Source of the DNA: Catajapyx aquilonaris
Lineage: Eukaryota
Assembly (NCBI GenBank): GCA_000934665.2
Contig: KZ538107.1
Span: 1 to 64,000 of the forward strand
Direction: 5' to 3'
DNA length: 64,000 nucleotides
The position numbers and the translations under genes were made by a program. Shown here one piece after another: positions 25,501 to 40,500 of this stretch (positions are counted from its first letter, which is position 1; every line of letters starts with the position of its first letter). The notes under the pieces are model-generated. The model had not been told where the DNA came from. It worked only from the letters and a program-made list of their open reading frames with translations, and ran no database searches.

Positions 25501-28500
25501 ACCATATTCAGGTATTATGTACTCCATGGCATGAGGAATGCATTGCCGGCGCTAACTAATTTTTTTTGTTTTTTGGAGCTGTCGGTTTTTGATTTTCACC
25601 CCCTCATATGATAAATGATTTCAACCTGCCCCCATCATCTCCTATTACTTACCAGTGGTTCTGGAATATCTAGGCCTGTCTCAGGAAGTCCTCCAACATA
25701 GAGATCATTCCCAAGTTGCACTTTTTTGGGTACTCGTGCCTTCACTGGGCGGTTATCATCCACCCTCAGCTGCAACCGGGGGCCTGTCTTGACAATTCCC
25801 ACCTTACACCAGTGGCCATTATTGAGCCCTCCAACTGACATGGCTTCCTTCTTCTTCTTTCCTTGAATGGCCATAACAAGGTGGCCATTCTTCAGTGCTA
25901 CTGTCATGTAATGCACACGCTTGCGTTGCTTGTTCTGAAACGGTCTTCAGTGAGGAAAGTTCTACCACAATAATTATTATACTAAAATACTTTACCAGGG
26001 CAAGGAGAAACAGCCCATCTGGATAATATGTTCGAAAATCAAATGTGATGTTAAAATTTTGCTGCAGCTCCTTGGGACGAAGTGGTAGTCGAATATGACT
26101 GTGGCTGGCATCACCAAGTTTCACTGCTCTCTGTTCCCATGTCAAGGGCCGCACTTCTTCACATGACTGGCGCTGGGACGGATCTGGCTGCTTGTCACGT
26201 GACTTGCGTATCAATCGACTTGCAAGGCAACGTCCAATCGATGCATTCTCAAACTGCACAGGTTTGTTCATGGCCAGCAACCTGACAAAATAATTAAAAT
26301 GACAAGCTTGTCGAGACAGCTGCAACATCAAAAGTACCTGTCATCAAACACAGCATCTTTTATACAGCCAACAAATGGTGTTATGATTGCTGCACCTCGT
26401 CCAGACAGGCCTGCAGGAAGCCCACCAAAGTACAGGCCTGACTCATCTTGTGCCTGAATCACAGGTGGTTTTTTAAGAAGTCGTGCAGTTCCCACAATTG
26501 CATCATCCATTCGAAGCTCCAACCTAAATGTCAAATATAGCTTTATCATCAGCAAAGAAATTTAAAGCAACTGCTTACTTTCGGCCCCGTTTAATCAGAA
26601 ACAAGTTGTGAAATTTGTCATCATTGTAAGTCTCATTGGTCATTATTGTCACATTGCCACTGAACCGCATCTCAATTTTTCCATCAACAAGTACTGTTGA
26701 GTAATACTCTTCTTCTTTTCCAGACTTGCCCTGAAATGAAGCTATTGATGACACTGCTTAGCAGAGCTGGGTTAGTAATCAAGCAGCATGCAGCACCTAC
26801 CCTGTCATCTATTACATCATACTCTTCCTCCTCTACTAGCCCATCCACCACCTCCTGTGCCATCACCAAAAGTAAAGCATAAGTACCTGAAACCTTAATA
26901 TAATAATAATAAAATGCTTATGCTCACTGTGCTTTCAAATGTTGACAGTAATAAAAGTGCAGTTGACTGCTTTGTTTGAAAACTGAATCCAAAACTACTG
27001 TTCCGGTCCAGTGGATATGAACGTAATTCAAGGTATCCATTCCCACTGAAGCTCACTGTCTTGATAACCTGCAAGTAGACATGAAGAGAAATGTGTAGGC
27101 AACACAGAAGTGTGACAAAGGAGCTGGAAGACCGGAATTGTCACTTTCAGATGAAAGAATAAATTATTGAAGGTGCCTGGGTAGGATAGGCTGATATGGA
27201 AAACAAAAGGAGAAGAGATTTTTGGCATGCTGGTGTTACCAGTCTGTTAAACACTATCAATATCTTACGTTTTCTGGGCATGACGCCTCAACGCCATAGA
27301 AACTGCCCCTAAGTGGATTGTAACCATGTTGCATGACTTGGATGTCTTGCAAGCAACCTAAAAATGATCCAAACTGTACAGAATCCCATGTTGACCTGGG
27401 AAAATCAGGTGGGACACCGCCAACATAATATAAAGCTTTTTCAAAGTCCAATAGTGGAGGTCGGGGTTTGTTTGGGGCACTTCTTCTCTCTTGATTCCCA
27501 ACTTTCAGAATGCCCACTTCTAAACCCGAACCTGCTCGACCCTGGAATGCACGTGTTGCTTCAACACGTGTCCAATTTCCTGTGTTGTACTTCTCCAAGC
27601 TCTCCACGGTTAGCCAGATGTCATCTGCATAGTTCACGTGGAAGAGAACTTTTCCATTGCGAAGTTCCAAGCTTATGAGCTGGCGCTGTAAAACAGAACC
27701 AATGAGTTGATTCAGAAGTGGAGTTGTCACCAGACAGCAACCTAATAAAATATAATAATAGGTTACATGATGAGCCTGTGGCCTTAGAGGGGACTCTCTT
27801 TTAATATTGACCAACTTAAATCATTGACTACAGTGTACTCCATGATCAGACAGCAGCTTGCCTCAGTGGAAGACAAAATATATAGATGACCATAATCACA
27901 GTACTCACAGTTGCTTCATTTACGACTAGAAAGAGCAGCGCATTTTCATCATGCGTCCGGAAGCTCAGTGAAACACTGAAACCTCTGGGATTATATGGGG
28001 TAGACCGGCTGCGATTTAGTACAGTGTACCCATCCCCATTGAAACTGTATGCCGACTCATCCTTCACCTCTTCAGCTCTGAAATGAAAGAGGACAGGTCA
28101 ACAGATCTTAATTTATTGTTACCGTCATCAAAAACCTACCCTCCACTACAAGGTAGGCAACTAGTAGTGTTAAGGAAGTTCCAGAGGCCAACAGGATTTC
28201 CATCAATGATGACTTCAAACAAGCAGCCAACAAAGCCTTTTATCAAGCTCTGCTTGGACCAAGGTGGCTTTCCACCAATCCAGAGGACATCATTACCATC
28301 TAGATCAATTTTACTAAAACCAGGTTCTGAAGCACCAGTAACATCCACTATTTCAGAAACATCAAGAAGATCTATCGGCTTCACCAGCAGGCGGCCAATA
28401 TTGCCTATTCTCTCAGCTTCAATCTTGTACCATTTCTTTTCATCCTGTGAGTTGGGCTTGCTAGTCAAAATCTCCAGGGGATGTGTTATGGTTATGGATG

Positions 28501-31500
28501 TGCCACCAGCACTCCATGTGAATCTTATGCGCCTGTCAACCATTTCCAGTGCTAGGAAATCCTTCTGTAAAAAACTTCCCAATTAGAAACAATTGCTATC
28601 ACTTGACAGATAACCTTCACTACCTTTTGTCTGCTTGGGAGGAACAATAATAATGCATGGCGTTGGGAAGATTGCACAGCATATATCAGGCTGATGGTGG
28701 TTGTGGTGCTGGGCCTCACCTTTGAATGATATGCTCTGATACATTCACCAGAATCATCTGCAATTGATATCTTTACCTGAAAAAGAATATTACTATTAGG
28801 TTTGATGCTATGCTTTTGTACTTTATGGCTTACACTGGAAGCTGCATGCCTTGCTCGCTTTATCTTATTCCTCAGATCATCCAGAGCAAGTTTTAGTGTG
28901 TTGTTTAATATTCTCACTGCATCTTTCTTCTCTTGCAGTTTCACTATAAATTGTTCGCTGGAGCGAATATTTTTCTCTGTGTCTTCAACTAGAACAGGTA
29001 ACTGTAATATATATGTATTATTTTCCAAATATAACAACTTACTCTTCTTTGTGATGTGATTTGTATCTAGAGCAATCCCTTCCTTCAACCACTCTAGCCG
29101 GGGACGCAGGCTAGAATTGATGCTGTCCAAAAACTCTTCTGCTCTCTGCCTTGCACTGGCAGCAGCATCATCAATGGCAATGATTTTGTCTATTGTCATT
29201 TGCACACTTGGTCCCACTGCCAAAAAAGCCAGATAGTTACTTTTCTGATCTTCAAGTTGCTTTTAGTGATTCTCACCTGGTGGCAAAATTTTTACATAGC
29301 TGAAGTTTTGCTTTATGTCCTCCAATAGATCTTGCCCAAACTGTAGCTGACTCTCCAGGATGTTCAACTGTCCCTGTGTTTCTGCCAGATGTTCTTGTGA
29401 CTGGCCAATTCTGGTGTGAAGATCATCAACCAATCCCTTGAGGCTCGTTGAATCTTGTTTCTTCCCCTGGGCTTGATCTGTGAGTGATGGCTCCGTGTTG
29501 TTGCCATACACCCTCTCTACCGCTCTTCCTGCAGCTTTCTTTGCATTGATTCCTGCTTCATAAGCACCTTCTAATGCATCCACAATGGTTTGATATGCAG
29601 TTGCAGCTCGGAGCGGAAAATCTGCCACCTCTCTAGTCTTGTTGAATATGCTGTTAATTCAGAGGATAAGATGCAAGATAATTATGTACAATATCATCAT
29701 GTGCCATTTTTACATGACTGAGTCAAATGAAGGTGGACCAGTTGGCAGGTGTACCTGATATTTGGTCAGCAGTGGGGAAATGTCTCGATGTTCTCGAGGG
29801 AAAGTGCACTTGAATAAACCATGCTCTCTAAGCAGTATTCCCTCCCTTCTCTATTTCATATTCCTGAATGCTACGTACACTTATGGTGTTAGGACTGATA
29901 AAGCCTGAGAAACAGGGGAATGTCCCTTTTGTGATGTCTTCTGACTCTCCTGTCACTATGGAGGCAACCACTTGGTTAACGTTAAAAAATATGTCGTGGG
30001 AATGATATTGTTGTGTAGGCCTACCCACAAGTTGTAGGAGTAGTTGTTTCTAACACTGTTAGATTTAAATGTAATTTTTTTTACCATACATTATCTGACA
30101 CTGAGTTGTGAATATTTGGTGTTGAATATCTTGAATTTTGCACATATTTGCTTTTCAAAGGCCATAGCAGGCTCTAGGAGCCTAATTTAAATTTTTGTGG
30201 CAATGATAGGTGATGTCTAGTTTTTGCAGTCATATATTGTTCATTAAATTGAAACTGTAATGAAATTCGCTTGTGCCAATTCATTTTCTTTATTGAAATA
30301 TCTCACATGAAGTGTTGCCACATTGTGAAACCATGCTTTCGAAAACACCAACTTTATAAAATGAAGAGGTTAGTGCCATAACGTGCTAAGCCACACTTTT
30401 GTGTTTATTGAGCTTGCACATGTTAGAAAGTCCCACCATCGTGCTTCACAAGTGGGTATCACATACTTAGCAAAATTCCGCATAGATCACGAGAAGATCA
30501 TGAATCATTTTCCTTGTTTTATATGATTTGCCATTTACGCCAAACTTTTGAATACCCGTATCACAGAATGAAGGTTTTGTGGCATAGCACGTTATGGCAC
30601 TAACTCCTTCAAATATCAATTCCATGAACAAGCTGTAACTGCTGCATAAAAATGGACAAAAAATTGCACTTTTAATCCCTCATTTCCACAACCCACAGGG
30701 TGAACGAGAAAAAACTAAGTTTCAATTTTTCATCTAGTACTGTATTAGGAACAATTTCCACTAAAAATTACCGTGGTACACAACAATCTAAATCTTGCAC
30801 CAGGCCTTTAAAATTTTTCCGTCTGTATCACTTGTATTCATGTCCACTTTCATTTGACTCAACACACTAGGCCTAATTTAGTTTGGAATCAGAGTCATAA
30901 GAGTCATAAGAGTCATCAGCATTAAGAGAAGTCATGACATAAATAGCTGATGAACTCTCAGATGTCAATATGACAGCTAGGCATTTACATAATTATAGGA
31001 TGGTGCACTGCTCTAGCACCCCAGTTCTTTGAACTCCATAGTTCACTTTGGAGTGCAAATAATAATTTTGGAGCGGGGGAGGCTGAGTCGGTAATGACTC
31101 GGCTCTCTGTGTGAAAGGTCCTGGGTTCTATCCCTGCCTGGGTCAGGAGGGTCTCTGACCTCTGACTTGGAGGCATCTGGCAACCTAACCTCCAGGGAGA
31201 CTGCACATGACCCAGTTTCAGGCATTGCACCTGCACCTGTCTCCTCCCCAACAATCCCCATTCCCTTCCCTATGTCATTTCTCTCTTGCATGGTGTCCAA
31301 AGAAAATCAACAAAATAGTGGTGGAAAAATGGTGGTGTTCCACCCCCCTAAAGGAGCATTGTCTCCCAATGGGGTTAGTAAAATTTTTAAAAATAAAAAA
31401 TAAATAAAAATAAAAATAATTTTGGGAACACAAATTGCACCTTTGCATCTGAATATTTTGATCCCTGTACCCCTGATGATGTTAAGTGTATTTCGGTGAA

Positions 31501-34500
31501 TTCCTTCAAATCCCTGCCATGCCTTTTAATGGCTATTATGATAAATTAGTCTTGGCCTGGCTTAATACGTATGTTAATAGCTGGATTTCTCAAACATGAC
31601 ACAAAATAGATATGAAGTTGTTGAATGTGATGGTGAGGAGAGGAGAGGAAATTGCAACAAGGCATGCATTTTTAGCTTGTTGTGCTTTTCCATCAGCAAC
31701 TGTTTCCACTGATGATTAGTCTCCCTTACGCTCTCAAATCATTGGCACGCCTCTCCAACTCAGCAGCATGCTCCTGGGCTGGTATCACATATTTATCACG
31801 ATACTCTGGGTTCAGGTTGCTAAGTATTCCTTCACGCTCCTCCAAGATGTTTGTGTAATTGTCCAGTGAATCCATCAACTCCTGCAACTCCTGGAATTTC
31901 ATATCACACATCAGCTTGGGTTGGAAAATCTCACAAACAAATACGCACTGAGTAATCCTTGTTTTGCAAGATGATTCGAGTAAATTCATTTATTGATGTG
32001 ATGTTGTTGATGTCTCCCTTGATTGACTTATCCAGTTTAGTAATTTTCCATAGCAGTTTCTGCAATTCTTTTATTTTTGCAGCATTTTGGGTTGTTAAGT
32101 GACTAGCCTGAAATTATTATCAGTTATCAGTAACAAATCAGTTATATGTGGAGGCGAAGATTTTGTTGATATAATGAGGCATTTTACACAATAATGGGCA
32201 CCATTAACTTTCAAATATTACTTCTAAATTAATTGCAAACTGAGATATGAAATAAAAGAAAAGTCATTTGCTAAAGAATTGACTTTCTCCATTACATGGA
32301 ATGCCATTTGAAAGGAATAGAATTATTTAAATTACCAGGAAGTCAACATAATTTATTGTAACAAACCACAGCAGAAATAATGGAATGGAGAGTGAATTTA
32401 AAATTGAATTTAAATTGAAAATGATTCAGCTACATATAAGATGTGCCTATGTAAGTTTGCAACCACACATTAACAGCATCAAGTCCAGTGATGCACTAAC
32501 ATCTGGTCGAATGAGCCAGAAAATCCTACATTCTGGGCATGTGAGATAGTGAGGAGTGCTCCAAGTTATTACTTGCAATTCCTTCGTCATCACAGACTAC
32601 CTCTTATTGAGGGATGTCATAATGTAATGAATCAATGAATGAGGTTTTAACATTGCATGCTAATACAAAATCTGATAACATAAGTGATTTACCTAATGGA
32701 CAACACTTAAAGCCATTAAGATAAATAGGTCATGTCCTCAGTCATGCTAAGATTTCTGACCAAATTCAGAATAAAAAAGTTTCATTTAGTTGCGTCTCTA
32801 CTTTAAGTGACCAGATGGATTGATGGTTTATGTTTATACCCAATATATGTAATTTAAAGAACATGTAAAAAGTCATTTGCAGCATTAACTGATGTCCTAA
32901 AAACCTTTGGAATCACTCTACCAAGCAGTGAAAAGCCACTGTTTTATATGCTGTCTTCCAACTGAAATATCTGTAGTGGTTTGCAAATTTTTTGTCACTA
33001 AGATGTTTATTTTTAAGCAGTTACTTTTGAATAGATATTTTACTGGTTATTAAAGTATTATCTGCTAATATTAGGGAATGAGGTCCCAGCCCATTAATAC
33101 AACCCAGGGAGTATGGGCTGCAAAAAATGGATCCTCACATTGGCCCTCTATTAGTCTATTCCAATTGTTCCCATAGAGTAGACCATTCCAAATCAGAAAT
33201 TCATTGCAATTTATTCAAAGCTGTGGGAATTATTCAATTACGCCTAATATTAACAAACTAATATGGGGGTGGATTCATCAAATGTCATAAGTCAAATTTT
33301 TGGTGTAACCGGTAGTAACCATAGCAATTAACTAACTATGGTTACGCCCGGTAACAAAGAAAATTTGACTTACGACATTTTATGAATCCACCCATGTTTG
33401 GTAACCACTACGTAGTAACTGATTACAAATATGCAGCTTAGTGACAAAAAATCGCTAACCAGTTGGAACACACTGTTTAAACTCACATACGGTAAGTATA
33501 GACTTTTTTCTAATGATGATAATCTGTCAGATATAGTCTATAACAAAATATTTGTTAAGTAACTGCAAGGACACCATAAAACTTCATACCTTTGCAGTCT
33601 CTTCATTAGCATCTTGTATGTGGGAATTCAAGTCTTCAATACGTTCCAAAATCTCATTTCGTAGCGCTTTGAGTGCTTGAAATGTTTCTTGACCTAATTC
33701 CATTGAATTAATTTTACGAAGCAGTTTTTTTGATTCTCTGAAAATCAATAGTGTATTAGTTACATAAATTTTTATATAAGAGTATTCAGATGAACAACAT
33801 ACTCCAATTCCATCAAGGCTGCATCCTTAGTCAAGAGGTTTTCCAATTCCTCTAATCTTTCCAGCATGCTCATTGCTTCCTTTAAGGCTCGGCTAATGTT
33901 GATTGTTGGTGTCTCACCCAAAGCATAGTTGCTCAAATAATCAATGGCTTCTGTTAACACAGGGGTAAGGATTTAACACACATAAAAAATTACCAATAAC
34001 GTTTTTTACCTCTAATTCTGTCGAACAATTGTCCAGCTTCATTGAGCAAATCTGTGGCATTGTCCCAGAGTTGTTTCCCCCCTTTTTCAAGTTCGTGAAT
34101 GACAGATGCAGTTTGCTTCACCTGCAAAGAAAAGAACTCTAGCTTACCCCTCTTCAACACACTGCAGGCAACTTACTCTATGTTGCAGTAACTGGGCCAA
34201 AACTGGCAAATCTGTCTCATGTAAGAGAGTAGCATTTGCTAAATAGTACTGCTGAAGGGATTTCTCAAGCAGAATGGTTTCATTTTCAAACACAAAAAGC
34301 TCTTTCCATGGTGCTGGAACATATCCACTTTTGTTTAATCCATCCACCAAAGCTGAAAGGTCCTGGATGTTGCGAAGGAGAATCCCAGTGCATTCATCAT
34401 CACAGGCTGAAAACCAGGCCACAATAATTTTTTCCTTCACGATTTATAGGTCAGCCTTCAATGCAAGGGAAATCCAGATCCACTGCTTTATTTTAATCCC

Positions 34501-37500
34501 ATGTCTTCACACCAAAGCAAATAATTATCTTGGGATGATAATGCCTGATATTTCAGGCACAGTATTATTGTGGACACTTTCCCATCAGAAAAGCATGTGA
34601 AAGTGTCTGAAAATTATATTGTGCTAAGAGTACTTCTGAAGATGCTTATGCGTCAAACAGCGAACACTGTCTAGTTGACTAGGCTACATCATCCCAGGTG
34701 CTTCTAGTTTGAGGTTGGTGCTAAAGTGAAGATTAAAATAATGATGGGTCTGGACTGCCTTTTGTTTTCAGCTGAATAATCCAGCAGCTAATCCATCATA
34801 AATTACTTACAAACACAACCTTGACTAGTAATTATGTGCCAGGGGTCACACTGACTGCAATCTCTTCCAGTGATTCCAGGTCGGCAATTGCACTGCCCTG
34901 TTATCTCATCACATTCGTCACTGACACTTCCATACTTGTCACACCGGCATGGCTCACATCTGCCATTGAGCTCAAGAGGATTTCCAAAGTAGCCATATTG
35001 ACATCTCTCACAGTGTTTCCCATCATATCCAACTTTGCAGTGACATATAAAGTCATTGTCAAGAGAGGCACAGCTTTCAGCATGGTTGATTTGTGGACTG
35101 GGGCAAGCACATGGCTGACATATTCCAGATATTGCATGACCATAATATCCAGGTGCACATGATTCACAGTAGGCTCCTGCAGTGTTGTCACGACAGTGCT
35201 GAAATTAATCACATGCCACTTGAGAGGTCACTATTGCACATGCATAAGCTCCCATTCTTACCAGGCAGACACCAGTCTCCGTATCACAAACATCTGAGTG
35301 GTCATTGCAGCGGCATGGTCTGGCTTCACCAACTAGGTCTATGATGATGGTGCTGCTGATATAGTCTGCTTTGTGCCAACGATAAAAACCAATTCGTGGA
35401 TTCTGACATGATGTAGCACCATACTCTGATGGACATTCACACAGTTCAATCCCTTTTGCTATGCCACTTGTCAAAGTTGTGGCTGGTATTGCCACATCCA
35501 AGCTCACATCTTTTAACCTAAAATAGCTCAGTTTAATTTCAATTGCTGAATGAAAAAATATCATCATCAACACTTACATAGCTACAGTGGCATCCATCGA
35601 GTCAGTAGCACGAATTAAAATATGCTGTATGTTTTGCAGTGCTACCATAATTGTTTCACGTGTCACTGGTGTTTGAGGGTTGTTCTTCAGTCGCCAGAAA
35701 TTCTCCTGCAATCTAGGTCATCAACATTAGTGAAGGGATAATTAATATGCAACTAATTAGTGTACCTGACGGCATAGCTACCAGTTGGGCTTGGCTCTGG
35801 AGGATAGTATTCCAGAATTATCCTATAATTTCCTTGCAGTTGAACTAAGGGATATGTAGCTAAAATGGATGATGGGAAGAGAGTGCTTCCACCCTTGCTC
35901 TCAGCAGAAAATTTCAAGTAGCCATTGTATGAGAGCACCTGCAGAGTAACAATTGTAAACTCACTGACTCTAATCAGAAAAGCAACCTGGTTACCTTGTC
36001 ACCCAAAAATGTTTCAGGCAATTGCCAATACAACGGTGTGCTGAAAATGCCAGTAATTCCTAGTTGGACATCGCCCCCAAGTCCTGGAATCACCCTCAAG
36101 TTGTTGGTAACGTTGAGCTTGGTCTCGCCTTTGCCAAATGTCACCTGCCTGCTCCCAACTGGAGCCATCTGCCAACCAAAGTGTTAAATCACTTTGCTTT
36201 CAATGATAGTACTCAATGACCTCCTGTTAAAGCGAGTGCAACAGATACTAATGTACACAAAGGACAAGCGTACACAACATGCATGACCTATCAGGAAATA
36301 TAGTAAGGGTGCTACTAACAACATACATAAACGAAGCAAATTTCCTGAGTGTCGACTGGAAAGAAATAGGCATCGTACTGGGCCACCGACTTGTCGTACT
36401 GAACCCACAGAGTGCGAGAGTGCGGAATCCATAGCTGGAAATAGAGTGCGATTTGAAACAAGAGGGGAGAGAATGTCTACTGTCGTGCTGGAAGTGGGGG
36501 GAGGCAACTCTGAAGTACTACAGAGAACTACATACAACACCACTTGAAGAACACTTTCACATGCTGCAAACTACGTGTGGACAAGGGGCTGGCACGGAAC
36601 TTACAGTACCTTGCTCCAAACCAACTGAGCCTGCTTACAGACACTTGTTCGGCGAAAGCAATAACATTCTATACAGCCCAAAGGGCTGTCCACTTGCAGC
36701 CCAAATGTACCACTCTTGCACTTGTGGCATTTCTTCCCATGAACATTTGCCTAGGAAATGGCGCTTCATGTCAGAGCAAATATATTTTCTTTTCAAGATG
36801 ATATCTTACCTTGCATGGACACTGCCCCTTGTTGTCACACTGACAGTTATTGCCTTGACAAAAATTGGGATCTGTTCCAGCAACTTCGCATTTACAGCTC
36901 CGACAGTTGGGGAAGTTAAAGAATCCAAATCGACATCGGTCACAGCGATCTCCTTCAAAGCCTTCTCCACATGTGCATGCTCCTGTTTCTAAGTCACATT
37001 GCAAGTTACGAGATCCAGCTGCATTGCACTTGCAAGGCTGAAACAACAGTATTAGTTCACCAATGCAATGGAGTAAATCTCGAACAACTGGATTACCTTG
37101 CAACCTAACGTTGAGCTGTATCCCCAGTGGTCTGGCAAACAATTCTGACACCTGCTTCCTGTTGTTCCTGGTGGACAAACACAACGTCCCGTGTCTGCAT
37201 GGCACAGCCTGCCTGGCAGCAAGCATGGTTCACATTCTGCGAAAATACAGCATGACATACTGTAACTACTTTGTTGACACAAACACACTTGCAAACCACC
37301 TGTACTCAAAAAGCAACAATTTATTTACTTTTGTGGGCCTACCTGTATGATTCAAATAATTTTGAGGGTATGACAAACACTACCACAAGCATATGTGTTG
37401 AGAGCGCGGGATCTGTCGTCGCTCATATCTCAGAAATGGCTGCGTAGTGCATATTTTTACGTTCACCAGTGAATTCTACGCATGTGATTTACCCATTTAG

Positions 37501-40500
37501 CGATTTTTGGCCAATTCCGTTGACCCGAGGTCGCGGCCTTCCCTTGTCAGTGGAAGAGGCCAAAATCGGCTTCGTCTGTGTGTGTGTGCCACTGTGTGCT
37601 AAATGGTGGCGCCACTGCACAAAAATTGGCCGAAAAGAGGCGGGAAATTCGTATTTCGCGTCTATTTAGTCAATATCTAGGCCGGTTTTATGTGACCCTT
37701 TTTTTTACAAAACTATTTTATGAAGAAATTTTCAGGACTCCCCAAACATGCAGCAGGGTTCTTTGTAAGGCTTGAAACTGGCACTACACAACTTTCTTCG
37801 ACTCTAATTAGACAAGCAATAAAATATTATCGTAAGCTGGAGGCAGGATCAGAAAATTCTTTGCTACAAGCTGCTCATAACTATGCCAAGTCATTGAGGC
37901 CCTCCTGTCAATATCCACGAACTGTTTATGAGGAGAATGTCAGAAGTTAATATTGAGGCATGTGATTTGGCCGGGGCCACGTCGCCACGATGAGACAACT
38001 ACAAAATAAGTTAGAAAGCCACTATATGAATCTCGATCAGACTTTACTTGGAAACTCTTGGTCCTATGCTAATTACAGTGAGATTAAGAGTGCCCAAGGT
38101 ATGGAACTGTACTGGTCCTTTAATTTACCGCTGGTTACACTGCGCACCTGGATATGCTTGTGCAATGGTCCAAAATATCTCTGGCTAAAAGGTGTCAAAA
38201 TCGAATTTCTAGATTTAAAATGTGAATGGTGCAACCTGGACCTTAATATGGATCTTTTTCATTATATTATGTTTCTATGCTCTTATTTTCTCACGCCTCG
38301 ACGTCAATTTCTGTCATTATTGCCTAGGGTTCCACCTGATAAGCTAATATTTATGTCTTCTGTCAACTAGACCCAAACTTGCCTTATAGTGTCCATAATT
38401 TTTTTCTTAACGTCGCTAAACGCATAGAATTTTCTCTTGTATAGGGTGGTGGTGTCCCCCCAAAAGAGCACTGCTCTACGGCTCTACCACGGGGTAAATA
38501 AAATAAAATAAATAAATAAATAAAATAAATAAATGTGGCCCTTTTTTCATCCGCTGTAGAAACGCACGTTAAACATTTGCCGGTAAAATCGACATTTTTC
38601 AGCGAAGAAAAAAAAAACGCAATGGATAAGTAACAAAGTTGTTACTCCATTGCCATTTTAGTGTACGCCGAATTTATGATTTACGGTACTGTCATGAAAG
38701 ATTTATGTAGGGATTTATGGCCAAGTGTACTGCGTACACCGGATTTACGTAGCAGTTACCTGTTACCACTTCGAAAAAACCCTCTGCGACAAGGGAACAG
38801 AAAATGCGTGGATAAGAAAGATACATTTCTGAACAATTAATATTTCTTGATAATCGCCCTACCAAAATGCAAATAGGCAAAAATTCGATACAAGTCAATC
38901 TAAAATAGCCATTCCATTTTTAGGTTAGTCGATTCAAATTCCGCTTTTTGATGAATCGGCCAATCGGCTGACGATCTATGGCTAGTCCAGGTCGATTTGA
39001 GATATTAAATTACGGATATCGATCAGGAATTATCACTGGATGTTCATTGATTTTTAAAAGGCGTCAAGTTCACGATTCTTTGCCCTGAGGGACTAATAAA
39101 TCACTCTGGATAAGATTCAGAAACACAACCTATAGACGATCGTGTGTAACTTTGTCGCTGGCGTTATGTTGGCTACTCCAAGCTCCTCCAACCACTAATC
39201 CCTCGTGTCCTAGCCGGGCAGCATCTGAATCCACTATCGAGCGCCCAGCCAAGAAGTAACATTTGGGAATTTACACACTTGCTTAGAATGTCCAACCCTT
39301 CGGTAGGCTACAGTACAGGTAGTCACAATCGGAAATTTTCTTTCAGGAACATAATAGAAGCATCAGGATCAGAGGAACCTCCTACCAAAATATTTGCATG
39401 GTATACTCTCCCCTATACATCATACCTCGACAACCGGCCTCCGAAAACCCAAAATATCCCGGTAAGCAGTGGTCACATTCCAGTCCACCCACGCCCGACT
39501 TGCACCTGCAGTGTCCCGTATACTGATCGCATGACTGGCCCAGCGCACCCACACCATGACATCTGCATTCGAGGCATCCACTGCCGGAAGACAGGTTCCA
39601 GTATCCCTCCTGCAAGAATGAAAAAGTCAGCGAATTGTTTGACGTTGCAAGTTGGGCGCCCAGCAGTCTGATGGCGCCTCATGGATGTCTGAGGAATAGA
39701 TGGCCCTCATCCCCCATCCTTAGAAAAAGTGGTTTGGGAAGCTCACCTGGCAGGAAGAGCAAGTGCGGGTTGTGACGTGAGGCTTGCACGTGCACTGGCC
39801 ACTGATTACATCGCAAGAACTGCCTTGAGCGCCCACACTGTCGCAGCCGCACCCTGCAAAACCACCGGAACCATCGCATCAACCTCACCTTGAAACAAAA
39901 TGCATAATATGACGTCACCCTAGTCTAGCCCCCATTGCTCAAGGTTAGGGGCTCATTGTACTCGGTGGGTGTGAGACGTTTGGAGGGTGGGATCTGAACG
40001 ATTTGTAATAGGGCAGGGTGGCTGGGAGGTCAAAGGGTGATTGTGGTTGTGGCTAACTGTGTTGCCCTCATGCCGGCGGTACTAGTGGGTAAATGACCCT
40101 TGAACCCCGCCCTTCCGCTCTTCAAGTTGGAGCCTGAAGTAAAAAGTGACATGGCGTTGTTTACGTCGATGATCTAAACTGCAAGATTTATGACTCACCA
40201 GGAAAGCATAAAATTCTGAAAGGTCCCCTATCAATGATTCTATTACACCACGAGTTTTGGGTCTATTAAAAAGTTTTACGATCAGGGAGTCGCCGGTTTG
40301 GCTGTTAATTAATTTAGTGTTGGCTACTGTGTCGATTTGCATTTATCTCTGGGATCTGTCACACCTTGGGTGTTGCCAAGTCGTGCAACCGGCCAAACTC
40401 ACGTACTCTGACATCCTTCTGGAGAGAACCCGTAGTACGATGGTAAGCATCCGTCGCATGTAACTCCGCCAGTACCAGGTTTACAGGCGCATTGTCCAGT

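Noticed and set aside
37399..39110. Large DNA-transposon-like insert in a laminin intron
   Set aside because: It has TE-like texture, but I could not define termini, a TSD or coding remnants.
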